DNA of 48,698 nt. It comes from Arcobacteraceae bacterium. GTDB taxonomy: Bacteria > Campylobacterota > Campylobacteria > Campylobacterales > Arcobacteraceae. Below, one piece after another: positions 37,515-46,168 of the stretch. The stretch's first letter is position 1; every line of letters begins with the position of its first letter. A program made the translations under genes and the position numbers. The notes beneath the pieces are model-generated. The model had not been told where the DNA came from, ran no database searches, and worked only from the letters and a program-made list of their open reading frames with translations. The DNA is taken from contig JAOZVJ010000002.1 in NCBI GenBank assembly GCA_029938215.1, positions 1 through 48,698 on the forward strand, in the 5' to 3' direction.

Positions 37515-37556
37515 TTAGATATTTTTAATTTGAAAATTTTCTATTTTCAAAAAAAC

Positions 37557-37769
37557 TTACGAAACTCTTCGTTTTGTAAAATCAATTTCACTTTCAACTT
37601 GTTTTTTTTGTTCAATTAGATATGTTAAATTTTGTTTTAGCGTTTCTCTGTCTTTGTAAGAGTCAATAATAAATTCATACAACTTTGGTCTATTTGTTTT
37701 CCAATTGTGTAGAGTTGTTTTATTTACCTCTAAATCTGTTTCTAATTTTCGCAAACTTGGTCCATCCAT
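37557..37769 (-). CDS. Small helix-turn-helix protein with C-terminal coiled-coil
   Basis: 70 aa from ATG 37769 (AAGGA 7 nt upstream). The track start at 37808 lacks an RBS. HTH-like SLRKLETDLEVNKTTLHNWKT, then a heptad-like KQNLTYLIEQKKQVESEI. Confidence 0.6.
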   Translation of the reverse strand: MDGPSLRKLETDLEVNKTTLHNWKTNRPKLYEFIIDSYKDRETLKQNLTYLIEQKKQVESEIDFTKRRVS

Positions 37770-37836
37770 AAAATTTCCTTTAATAAATTTCCTGTAATTG
37801 TACAACATATTGGAACAAATGTCAAGTATATAAGTT

Positions 37837-37865
37837 AAATATGTTCCAATATATGGAACATATTT
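37837..37865. promoter_or_regulatory. Perfect 12-bp inverted repeat operator in the divergent HTH / udg promoter region
   Basis: AAATATGTTCCA-ATATA-TGGAACATATTT. A third half-site TGGAACA lies at 37811-37817. Confidence 0.55.
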
Positions 37866-37896
37866 ATATAAAAGGGCAAATAATGTACAATTTTGT

Positions 37897-38565
37897 ATGA
37901 AAAAAGATACAAAAAATTATATTCTTAAAAATTTACAATCATTAAAATATATGGGGTTTAGCTATTTAGATCCAATAAAATTTAATGTTGATACCAGTAA
38001 AGAATATGATTTACCTAATGATCTAGAAACTTTAAAAGATTTGGTAAAAAATTGCAATTTATGTTCTTTTTCAAAAACTAAAAAAAATATAATATTTGGA
38101 GAAGGAAATAAAAATGCTGATTTGCTTTTTTTAAACTCTGCACCAACACAAATGGAAGATGAAACTGGAAATATATTATCTGGAAATAGTGGAGATATGT
38201 TAATAAAAATGTGTCAAAATGTACTTAATTTATCTATAAAAGATATTTATGTTGCAAATGTATTAAAATGTTTTCCATTAAAAGAAATAAATGACTGTAA
38301 AAGTGAAATAAATATTTGTAAACCATATATTCAAAAACAAATAGATATAATAAAACCTAAAATTATAGTGGCGTTTGGAGATAGTTTTAAATACCTAACG
38401 AACGAAACAGAGCAATTAGAAAATTTAAGGGGAAATATGTACGACTATAACGGTATAAAAGTAATTTTTACTTTTCATCCTTCGTTTATCTTAAGAAATC
38501 CATCTCTTAAAAAAGAGGTATTGTATGATTTACAAAAAATAAAATTATTGATGGAGTCGCATTGA
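37897..38565 (+). CDS. Family 4 uracil-DNA glycosylase (Fe-S type)
   Basis: 222 aa. Motif A IIFGEGNKNADLLFLNSAP, motif B FHPSFILRNP, and Cys residues CNLC...KC...C..C that could ligate a 4Fe-4S cluster. Confidence 0.8.
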   Translation: MKKDTKNYILKNLQSLKYMGFSYLDPIKFNVDTSKEYDLPNDLETLKDLVKNCNLCSFSKTKKNIIFGEGNKNADLLFLNSAPTQMEDETGNILSGNSGDMLIKMCQNVLNLSIKDIYVANVLKCFPLKEINDCKSEINICKPYIQKQIDIIKPKIIVAFGDSFKYLTNETEQLENLRGNMYDYNGIKVIFTFHPSFILRNPSLKKEVLYDLQKIKLLMESH

Positions 38566-39788
38566 TGATTAAAAAATATTTTATTTATATTTTGATTTTA
38601 ATATATACTGTAGTTTTTTTCGGATGTAGTAAAAGATTACAAACGCCTCAAGATACTGATAAAATGTTATTATCTAAAATAGAAAAAAAATCAAAGCCTT
38701 TATCAAAAAAAGTTTTGAAAGCTAAGAATATAGAAAAAATTTTAAAAGAAACCTCTGAGTCTTTGGTAAAAAAAGATTTTTCAATTTTATCAATAGATGA
38801 TAATAAAACAAATTTAAATATAAAAGATAATTTAAAGACTCCTTCATTGGATATAGCCATAGTATTTCCATCTCAAATTATAGGAAAATATGCAGCAGAT
38901 GCTACAAATGCAATGATGAGTTATTTGATTTATAAAGATAGTGATTTCAATTTAAAAGTATTTGATACAATCAATGAAGATAAAAAATCTATTGAAGATA
39001 CTTTTTTAGAAATTTCAAATCAGGGAATATCAAAAGTAATGGTTTTATTTACACATAATGGAGCTAAATATTTAACATCAATTAAAGATATAGAATCTTA
39101 TGAGATATATATGCCTTTAATTCATAAAAATGATATGGATTTAAATATTAAATCTGTGGTTTATGGTTCTATTGATTATTCAAAACAGTTTAATGCTTTA
39201 TTGGAATATTCAAATAAAAAAAATATAGAATTTTATGATAATTCAAGTCTTGGAAATAGGCTTTCTAAAAATTTAATTAATGAAAATATAAAATTAGAAT
39301 ATCAGAAAAAGATAGGAAATGATAATCGTGAATATAATAGATTTTTAAATAGGAAAAGTAAAAAATTAACAAATTCAAGTTTGATAATAAATATGCCTAT
39401 TGTAAAAAGTTCAATTATTTTATCACAAATAAGTGTAAACGATATTGATGTTTATGGAATTTTATCTACTCAGGTAAATTATACACCGTTGCTTTTATCG
39501 CTTACGCAAGTACAAGATAGAAAAAATATGATTGTTGCAAATTCTATTTCGCATACAAATAATACTATAGAAGAATACAATTCTTTACTTGATAATGACA
39601 TAAATTATAAATGGGTAAATTATTCAACGATAATAGGTACTCAATATTTAGTAAATAAAGACATATCTAGTTTTAAATCTGTTTCTTTAGAAAATAATCA
39701 AATGCAATATCCAGTAAAACTTTTTAATACAACAAAATATGCTTTTAAACAAATCAAGAATTTAAAAGGATTTGAAAATGGAAGATAA
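38562..39788 (+). CDS. Lipoprotein of unknown function
   Basis: 408 aa with lipobox VVFFGC. The ATG overlaps the udg stop (ATGATGA). Asn/Lys-rich. Confidence 0.7.
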   Translation: MMIKKYFIYILILIYTVVFFGCSKRLQTPQDTDKMLLSKIEKKSKPLSKKVLKAKNIEKILKETSESLVKKDFSILSIDDNKTNLNIKDNLKTPSLDIAIVFPSQIIGKYAADATNAMMSYLIYKDSDFNLKVFDTINEDKKSIEDTFLEISNQGISKVMVLFTHNGAKYLTSIKDIESYEIYMPLIHKNDMDLNIKSVVYGSIDYSKQFNALLEYSNKKNIEFYDNSSLGNRLSKNLINENIKLEYQKKIGNDNREYNRFLNRKSKKLTNSSLIINMPIVKSSIILSQISVNDIDVYGILSTQVNYTPLLLSLTQVQDRKNMIVANSISHTNNTIEEYNSLLDNDINYKWVNYSTIIGTQYLVNKDISSFKSVSLENNQMQYPVKLFNTTKYAFKQIKNLKGFENGR

Positions 39789-40434
39789 TAAATTTACATT
39801 AAAACATTTTTTTGAAGTAACATTGCAAGGTTTATTTTGGCTTTTGCCAATAGTAGCTATTGTGATGGTAGTCTTATGGTTATATGATAAAATTGATTTG
39901 TTAGCAAATAAAGTTTTTGGAATAATTGGATTTGCTCCTAAAGACAATGAATTTTTATGGCTAATTGTAGTTATGTTTATTTTTATAATTCTTTTATACT
40001 TAATTGGACATTTTATGGAAACAAAACTTGCAAATATATTTGAATCAATATTTTCAAAAATACCAGGATACTCAACTATAAAGGATATTGTAGGCATATT
40101 TAATTCTTCAAAAAAAGGGGAAACACGAGTTTTAGTAGTTGCTATTAGAGGATTTGCCTCACAAGGATATAATGTTGGGCTAATGTATTCTCAAAATGAA
40201 AGCATAATAAAAAATCACTATACTGTTACATTATCGCAAACACCAATTCCTAATGGCGGTTATATGTTTGAAGTACACAAAGATAATATTTTTGTAATAG
40301 AAGAAGCAACATTTGACGATAATTTGCAATATCTTTTGTCTATGGGTGTAAAAAGTTTGACGCAAATTGTTGATATAGAGCCTAAAAATTTAGAAGATTT
40401 AATGTCACTAGATAAATGGTTAAATTTGAAGTAA
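39772..40434 (+). CDS. DUF502-family membrane protein
   Basis: 220 aa. Two N-terminal TM helices (GLFWLLPIVAIVMVVLWLY..., FLWLIVVMFIFIILLYLIGH) followed by a soluble domain. Overlaps the upstream gene by 17 nt. Confidence 0.6.
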   Translation: MKMEDNKFTLKHFFEVTLQGLFWLLPIVAIVMVVLWLYDKIDLLANKVFGIIGFAPKDNEFLWLIVVMFIFIILLYLIGHFMETKLANIFESIFSKIPGYSTIKDIVGIFNSSKKGETRVLVVAIRGFASQGYNVGLMYSQNESIIKNHYTVTLSQTPIPNGGYMFEVHKDNIFVIEEATFDDNLQYLLSMGVKSLTQIVDIEPKNLEDLMSLDKWLNLK

Positions 40435-40672
40435 AAGTTTAAATTAATATAATAAAAATTATTTTTCTTACCTCTACTAAATTTTCTTATTTATTGCTTC
40501 AACTAGTCTTAAGCAAGTCTTTAATATAATCTGCTTCCATTTTCGCAAACATCAAAGAGAGTTTTTATAAAGTTTACTAGTTAAGTTTTATAAAGAGTTG
40601 GTATATGATAGTTTAAACGATACTATATTGTGCCGTTTGGAAATTTGGAAATAAAATCAAGGAAGGCAGATT

Positions 40673-40786
40673 ATGAAAGTAAGAGCTTCAGTGAAAAAAA
40701 TGTGTGACAAATGTAAAATTGTCAAAAGAAAAGGAATAGTTCGAGTAATATGCGAAACTAAGAAACATAAGCAAAGACAAGGATAA
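40673..40786 (+). CDS. rpmJ: 50S ribosomal protein L36 (zinc-ribbon type)
   Basis: Not in the ORF track because it is under 60 aa. ATG after AGGAAGG; [37 protein letters not shown] (37 aa). Sits directly upstream of rpsM. Confidence 0.92.
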   Translation: MKVRASVKKMCDKCKIVKRKGIVRVICETKKHKQRQG

Positions 40787-40789
40787 TCG

Positions 40790-41161
40790 ATGGCTCGTAT
40801 TGCAGGTACAGACTTACCAAACAAAAAGAGAATGGAGTATGCTTTAACATATATTTATGGAATAGGCTTACATACATCAAGATTAATTTTAAAAGCTACA
40901 GGGATTGACCCTGACAAAAGAGCTCATGAATTAACAGAAGAAGAAGCGGCAACAATCAGACAAGAAATTCAAACTAATTATATGGTTGAAGGTGATTTAA
41001 GAAAAAAAGTTGCTATGGATATCAAGTCTTTAATGGATTTAGGTTCATACAGAGGCTTAAGACACAGAAGAGGTTTACCTTGTAGAGGGCAAAAGACTAA
41101 AACTAATGCTCGTACTAGAAAAGGTAAAAAGAAAACTGTTGGCGCGGCAGCGGCTAAGTAA
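40790..41161 (+). CDS. rpsM: 30S ribosomal protein S13
   Basis: 123 aa, [26 protein letters not shown]. Confidence 0.97.
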   Translation: MARIAGTDLPNKKRMEYALTYIYGIGLHTSRLILKATGIDPDKRAHELTEEEAATIRQEIQTNYMVEGDLRKKVAMDIKSLMDLGSYRGLRHRRGLPCRGQKTKTNARTRKGKKKTVGAAAAK

Positions 41162-41170
41162 GGATAACTG

Positions 41171-41563
41171 ATGGCAAAAAGAAAAGTAACTAGAAAAAAA
41201 GTTGTAAAAAAGAATATTGCTGATGGTGTAGTACATATCGCAGCAACATTTAACAACACAATGGTAACTGTAACAGATAATGCTGGAAATGCAATATCTT
41301 GGTCAAGTGCAGGTAACTTAGGTTTTAGAGGTAGTAAAAAATCAACTCCATTTGCAGCAACAGCAGCACTTGAAGATGCGATTGAAAAAGCTATGGAACA
41401 TGGAATCAAAAATGTTGGTGTTAAAGTTCAAGGTCCAGGAAGCGGTAGAGATACTGCAGTTAAGGCACTTGGTATGATTGAAGGTTTATCTGTTAGATGG
41501 TTTAAAGACGTAACGCCTTTACCACATAATGGTTGTAGACCTCCAAAAAGAAGAAGAGTGTAA
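41171..41563 (+). CDS. rpsK: 30S ribosomal protein S11
   Basis: 130 aa, [22 protein letters not shown]... Confidence 0.97.
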   Translation: MAKRKVTRKKVVKKNIADGVVHIAATFNNTMVTVTDNAGNAISWSSAGNLGFRGSKKSTPFAATAALEDAIEKAMEHGIKNVGVKVQGPGSGRDTAVKALGMIEGLSVRWFKDVTPLPHNGCRPPKRRRV

Positions 41564-41573
41564 GGGGTAAGGA

Positions 41574-42200
41574 ATGGCTAGATATAGAGGACCAGTTGAA
41601 AAACTAGAAAGAAGACTTAATGCTGACCTTGGTTTAAAAGGTGAGAGAAGATTAAATGGTAAATCTGCTTTAGAAAAAAGACCTTTTGCTCCTGGACAAC
41701 ACGGGCAAAGTAGATCAAAAGTTTCTGAGTATGGATTACAATTACAAGAAAAACAAAAAGCTAAAATTCTTTACGGAGTATCTGAAAAACAATTTAGAAA
41801 ATACTTCCAAGAAGCAGCAAGAAGAGATGGTAATACAGGTGCAAACTTAATTACTTTAATTGAAACTAGACTTGATAATGTTGTTTATAGAATGGGATTT
41901 GCTACAACTAGAGCAAATGCTAGACAATTTGTAACACATGGGCATATTTTAGTTGATGGTAAAAAAGTTGATATTCCTTCTTTTGTTGTAAAAGCTGGAC
42001 AAAAAATTGAAATTAGAGAAAAATCTAAAACAAATACTCAAATTGTAAGAGCTTTAGAACTTACAAATCAAACAGGAATGGTTGAATGGGTAGATGTAGA
42101 TAAAAATAAAGTATTTGGAATTTTTACAAGAATTCCTAGCAGAGAAGAAGTTGTTATACCAGTTGAAGAAAGACTAATAGTAGAATTATACTCTAAATAA
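41574..42200 (+). CDS. rpsD: 30S ribosomal protein S4
   Basis: 208 aa, [15 protein letters not shown]..., with an S4 RNA-binding domain. Confidence 0.97.
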   Translation: MARYRGPVEKLERRLNADLGLKGERRLNGKSALEKRPFAPGQHGQSRSKVSEYGLQLQEKQKAKILYGVSEKQFRKYFQEAARRDGNTGANLITLIETRLDNVVYRMGFATTRANARQFVTHGHILVDGKKVDIPSFVVKAGQKIEIREKSKTNTQIVRALELTNQTGMVEWVDVDKNKVFGIFTRIPSREEVVIPVEERLIVELYSK

Positions 42201-42216
42201 GAAAAGGATAGACTAT

Positions 42217-43221
42217 ATGAAAAAATTTGTGAACACACCGTTTTTACCAACAGAAGTAGAGATAGAACAAATTACAGAAGATAGTGCAAAAATTACAGCA
42301 TATCCTTTTGAAAGTGGTTATGCTATAACTTTAGCACACCCACTTAGAAGACTTTTAATGAGTAGTTCGGTTGGATATGCGCCGATTGCTGTTAAAATTG
42401 ATGGAGCCAAACATGAGTTTGATTCTATTAGAGGAATGTTAGAAGACATTGCTTTATTTATGATAAATCTTAAAAATATTAGATTTAAAATTAAAGGTGA
42501 TCAAGAGCAAATAGAAGTTGCTTATACATTTACAGATGCAAAAGAGATTAAAGGTTCTGATTTAGCAAACGATGATTTAGAAGTTGTAAATGGAAATTCT
42601 CATTTGGCAACTATAAATACTGATTGTGAATTATCTTTTTCTATTATTGTTCAAAGAGGTATAGGATATGTTGCGAGTGAAGATATTAGAGATGTAGTTG
42701 AAAAAGAATATTTACCAATGGATGCTTTTTTTACACCTGTGAAAAAAGTAACTTATGATATAGAAAAAATGCTAGTTGAAGATAATCCAAATTTTGAAAA
42801 AGCAGTATTTAATGTAGAAACAGATGGACAAATTTCTCCAATCGATGCTTTTAAGGAAGCTATTTCTATTATGTATTCTCAGATGTCAGTATTTAATAAA
42901 GTATTTGATTTATCTGAAGTAAAAATGGTAGAAAACGCATCTGATGATTGCAGTATTGATTTAAAAGATCTAATTATAAAAATTGAAGAGCTAAATTTAA
43001 GTGCTAGAAGTTTTAATAGTTTAGATAAAGCTGGTATAAAATATGTAGGTGATTTAGCACTTATGAGTGAAGTTGAAGTAAAAAGTATTAAAAATCTTGG
43101 TAAAAAATCACTTGAAGAAATTTCAGATAAATTTTCTGAATTAGGCTTTCCAATTGATGGCTCTTTAGATGAAGATACAGCTTCTGCTTTAAGAAGAAAA
43201 CTAGAACAATTAAAAGCGTAG
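42217..43221 (+). CDS. rpoA: DNA-directed RNA polymerase subunit alpha
   Basis: 334 aa. N-terminal GYAITLAHPLRRLLMSS and C-terminal domain LNLSARSFNSLDKAGIKYVGDL. Confidence 0.97.
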   Translation: MKKFVNTPFLPTEVEIEQITEDSAKITAYPFESGYAITLAHPLRRLLMSSSVGYAPIAVKIDGAKHEFDSIRGMLEDIALFMINLKNIRFKIKGDQEQIEVAYTFTDAKEIKGSDLANDDLEVVNGNSHLATINTDCELSFSIIVQRGIGYVASEDIRDVVEKEYLPMDAFFTPVKKVTYDIEKMLVEDNPNFEKAVFNVETDGQISPIDAFKEAISIMYSQMSVFNKVFDLSEVKMVENASDDCSIDLKDLIIKIEELNLSARSFNSLDKAGIKYVGDLALMSEVEVKSIKNLGKKSLEEISDKFSELGFPIDGSLDEDTASALRRKLEQLKA

Positions 43222-43233
43222 AAAGGGTTATAA

Positions 43234-43584
43234 ATGAGACATAAGCATGGATATAGAAAGCTTAACAGAACATCTTCTCATAGAAAAGCATTGTTGAAAA
43301 ACTTGGCAATTGCTTTAATTGAAAGAGAAAGAATTGAAACAACTGTTCCAAAAGCAAAAGAACTTAGAAGATATATTGAAAAATTAGTTACTAAATCAAA
43401 AAATGCAGATTTAAATACACATAGACATGTGTTCGCTTATTTGCAAGATAAAGAATCAACTAAAAAATTAATCAATGAAATTTCTCCTAAATATGTAGAT
43501 AGAAATGGTGGATATACATCTATCATTAAAACTAGAATTAGAAGAGGTGATGCTACACAAATGGCTTATATTTCATTTGTATAG
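43234..43584 (+). CDS. rplQ: 50S ribosomal protein L17
   Basis: 116 aa, [24 protein letters not shown]. Confidence 0.97.
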   Translation: MRHKHGYRKLNRTSSHRKALLKNLAIALIERERIETTVPKAKELRRYIEKLVTKSKNADLNTHRHVFAYLQDKESTKKLINEISPKYVDRNGGYTSIIKTRIRRGDATQMAYISFV

Positions 43585-43602
43585 TAAATAAATTTCTCAA
43601 AT

Positions 43603-43637
43603 AAAAAAGGCTGGTAGATTTTCTACCAGCCTTTTTT
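43603..43637 (+). terminator. Strong rho-independent terminator of the alpha operon
   Basis: Stem GGCTGGTAGA (43609-43618) / TCTACCAGCC (43622-43631), flanked by A6 and T6. Confidence 0.85.
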
Positions 43638-43647
43638 AATGCCTACC

Positions 43648-43690
43648 CATTAATATTTCATTAATATTCAATTTAAAAATCGTTAATCCT
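43648..43690 (+). promoter_or_regulatory. Helically phased direct repeats, candidate OmpR-family regulator binding sites
   Basis: CATTAATATT at 43648-43657 and again at 43659-43668 (11-bp phase). A related CGTTAATCCT at 43681-43690 is 22 bp further on. TATAAT at 43698-43703. Confidence 0.5.
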
Positions 43691-43734
43691 TATATATTAT
43701 AATTTCAGTACAAAAAATATAAAAGGAGTTCAAA

Positions 43735-44226
43735 ATGAACAAGAGAATAATTTTAAGTATAGGTGCAGCAGCACTTTTGGCATCGTCTTTATTTGCGTAT
43801 GGTTCGCAAGGTGGGATGAAACAAGGTTGTAAAAAAATGAGTAGTCAATATGGGATGAGCATGAAAAAAGCTAATCATCACAAAAAAGACGGTAGAATTA
43901 TGAGAGAAATTATGATGCTTGATTTGACCGATAAGCAAATAGTTAAGATTAGAAGTATTATTGCAGATAGCATAAAAGATATGTCAAATCCAAGTGATGC
44001 TTTTACAAAAGAGAATTTTGATAAAGAACAGTTTGTAAAATTAGCAAAAGAAAAAAGAGATGACAGAATTGAGCATAAAGCAGAAGTGATAGCAAAAATT
44101 TATGAAGTTCTTGATTCTTCTCAAAAGAAAGATTTAAAAACAATTCTTGATATGAAAGATGTGATGAAGAAAAAAATGATTAAAAATAGGGGTTTTAGTG
44201 ATCAATATCGCAATGGTAGAAGATGA
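43735..44226 (+). CDS. Periplasmic Spy/CpxP/ZraP-like (LTxxQ) protein
   Basis: 163 aa with a signal peptide. LTDKQIVKI and LDSSQKKDL motifs, helical K/E-rich, and a short His-rich stretch ANHHKK. Confidence 0.6.
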   Translation: MNKRIILSIGAAALLASSLFAYGSQGGMKQGCKKMSSQYGMSMKKANHHKKDGRIMREIMMLDLTDKQIVKIRSIIADSIKDMSNPSDAFTKENFDKEQFVKLAKEKRDDRIEHKAEVIAKIYEVLDSSQKKDLKTILDMKDVMKKKMIKNRGFSDQYRNGRR

Positions 44227-44878
44227 TACTGAGTTAGCAGAAGTTTTAATTCAATATTTATCAAAATATAATATCAAAGTAACAAATTATGAAGACCCAT
44301 TTATAGCTTTAAGTGCTATAGGTTTAAAAGAGTATGATTTAGTAATTCTAGATCTTACTCTTCCTGGTCTTGATGGTTTGGAAGTTTGTAAAGAATTAGT
44401 GGCTAAATATGATTTTCCAATAATTATATCAAGTGCCAGAAGTGATATCACGGATAAAGTAATTGCTCTTGAATTGGGAGCTGATGATTATTTGCCAAAG
44501 CCTTATGATCCTAGAGAACTTGAAGTTAGGATTAAAACTATTCTTAGAAGATACAATAAAGACATACATTCAGTAGCGCCAGCTAAAAAACAAGAAATAT
44601 TTGTGCTAGATGAAGAAAAGCAAGAAATAACAAAAAATGGTCATTTTGTAAAATTTACACCAGCAGAATATCAAATTATGGCGTTAATGTGCCAAAGAAA
44701 GGGTTTCATTGTATCGAGATATGATATATTGGAAAATAGTGATTTTTTAAACAGTGATGAAGATAATGGTAGCATAGCAGTAATTATTAATAGAATTAGA
44801 GCAAAAATTGAAGATGAGCCTAAAAAACCAAAATATTTTCTTACAATTAGAGGTATGGGATATAGGTTAGTGGAATGA
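44198..44878 (+). CDS. OmpR-family response regulator
   Basis: GTG start, overlapping the upstream gene by 29 nt. REC domain (VEDD...LVILDLTLPGLDG...) plus a winged-helix C-terminus (TIRGMGYRL). Confidence 0.9.
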   Translation: MINIAMVEDDTELAEVLIQYLSKYNIKVTNYEDPFIALSAIGLKEYDLVILDLTLPGLDGLEVCKELVAKYDFPIIISSARSDITDKVIALELGADDYLPKPYDPRELEVRIKTILRRYNKDIHSVAPAKKQEIFVLDEEKQEITKNGHFVKFTPAEYQIMALMCQRKGFIVSRYDILENSDFLNSDEDNGSIAVIINRIRAKIEDEPKKPKYFLTIRGMGYRLVE

Positions 44879-46122
44879 TATTCAATAAAAATTCAATTTT
44901 ATTTACAATAACAATAACTTTTATAGTTTCTTTTATTTTAATTTTTATAAGCTTTTTTGTTCTTTATAATAGTAGTAGCAAAAGAGAAAAACATTTTCAA
45001 GAAAAAAGAAACAGTGATGTTGTTAGAATTTTTATGAGCGAATATAGATTTGGTGGAATTACAAAAGATTTAAAACAAAATTTAAAAGAGATGGGTTTTT
45101 CTATAATATCTGACTTTAATGAACAAGAAAAAATTTTAAACAATAAAAGTTTGAAAATAAAAAAATTTAAAAAAAGAAATAAAGGTTTTGTAAAATTATT
45201 GCAACTTAACAACAATAATATGATCTTTATAAATACTCCAAGATGCAAAGTAATTCTGAAAAATAATATTAATATTAAAAATCAACAAAATGTGATTTTG
45301 ATGGTATTTTTAACTATATTGATATCATTTATTGTTTTATATTTTACAACAATTAAAAAATTAAAACCTTTAAAAATTTTAAAAGATAAAGTAAAAAATT
45401 TTGGCGATGAAGATTTTGATATAAATTGTTCTACAAATAAAGAAGATGAAATATCTTTATTAGCAAACGAATTTGATAAGTCAGCTAAAAAATTAAAAAA
45501 GATAAAAGAGTCAAGAAATGTTTTTATACGAAATATAATGCATGAGCTTAAAACCCCAATAACAAAAGGAAAATTTTTAACACAACTTTCACAAACAAAA
45601 GAAAATACTGATAAAATGCAAAAAGTTTTTTATAGATTGGAAACTTTAATAAATGAATTTGCCACCATAGAAGAATTAATTTCTGTTAAAAAAACATTAA
45701 ATAAAAAACCGTATTATTTAGAAGACATTATAGACAATTCCATAGATTTGCTTATGTGTGATGAAGATAATATAAAAAAAGAATTTAAAAATTTAAAAAT
45801 AAATGTAGATTTTAAGCTTTTTTCAATTGCGATAAAAAATCTACTTGACAACGGAATAAAGTATTCGGCAAATAAAAAAGTAAAAATAAAAACATTTGAT
45901 AATCAAATAGTATTTGAAAATTTAGGTGAAAAATTAAAATATCCACTTGAAAATTATTTTGAACCATTTTTTAAAGGAGATAATATAAAATCAAACCAAA
46001 GCTTTGGTTTGGGACTTTATATTGTAAAGCATATTTTAGAGGCGAATGATTGTAGTTTTAAATATGAATACAAAAATGAAACTAATAAATTTATTATAAA
46101 AAATAAAATTTATTCGAGATAG
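44875..46122 (+). CDS. Sensor histidine kinase (two TM helices, HAMP-like linker, HisKA, HATPase)
   Basis: ATGA overlap with the regulator gene. H-box IRNIMHELKTPIT, N-box NLLDNGIKYS, G2 SFGLGLYIV. Confidence 0.85.
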   Translation: MIFNKNSILFTITITFIVSFILIFISFFVLYNSSSKREKHFQEKRNSDVVRIFMSEYRFGGITKDLKQNLKEMGFSIISDFNEQEKILNNKSLKIKKFKKRNKGFVKLLQLNNNNMIFINTPRCKVILKNNINIKNQQNVILMVFLTILISFIVLYFTTIKKLKPLKILKDKVKNFGDEDFDINCSTNKEDEISLLANEFDKSAKKLKKIKESRNVFIRNIMHELKTPITKGKFLTQLSQTKENTDKMQKVFYRLETLINEFATIEELISVKKTLNKKPYYLEDIIDNSIDLLMCDEDNIKKEFKNLKINVDFKLFSIAIKNLLDNGIKYSANKKVKIKTFDNQIVFENLGEKLKYPLENYFEPFFKGDNIKSNQSFGLGLYIVKHILEANDCSFKYEYKNETNKFIIKNKIYSR

Positions 46123-46128
46123 TTTTTA

Positions 46129-46163
46129 AAATATATTCTGATAATTTATATCAGAATATATTT
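46129..46163. terminator. Bidirectional terminator between the kinase gene and the convergent SBP-like gene
   Basis: Perfect 15-bp stem AAATATATTCTGATA (46129-46143) / TATCAGAATATATTT (46149-46163) with a 5-nt loop. Confidence 0.8.
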
Positions 46164-46168
46164 AATTT

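Noticed and set aside
40494-40672. The long leader upstream of rpmJ, with a short hairpin TTGCTT/AAGCAA and near-direct repeats GTTTTTATAAAG / GTTTTATAAAG, considered as an S4-type autoregulatory leader.
   Set aside because: I could not derive a convincing conserved secondary structure or pseudoknot by eye. The repeats are AT-rich and short. This would need covariance analysis.
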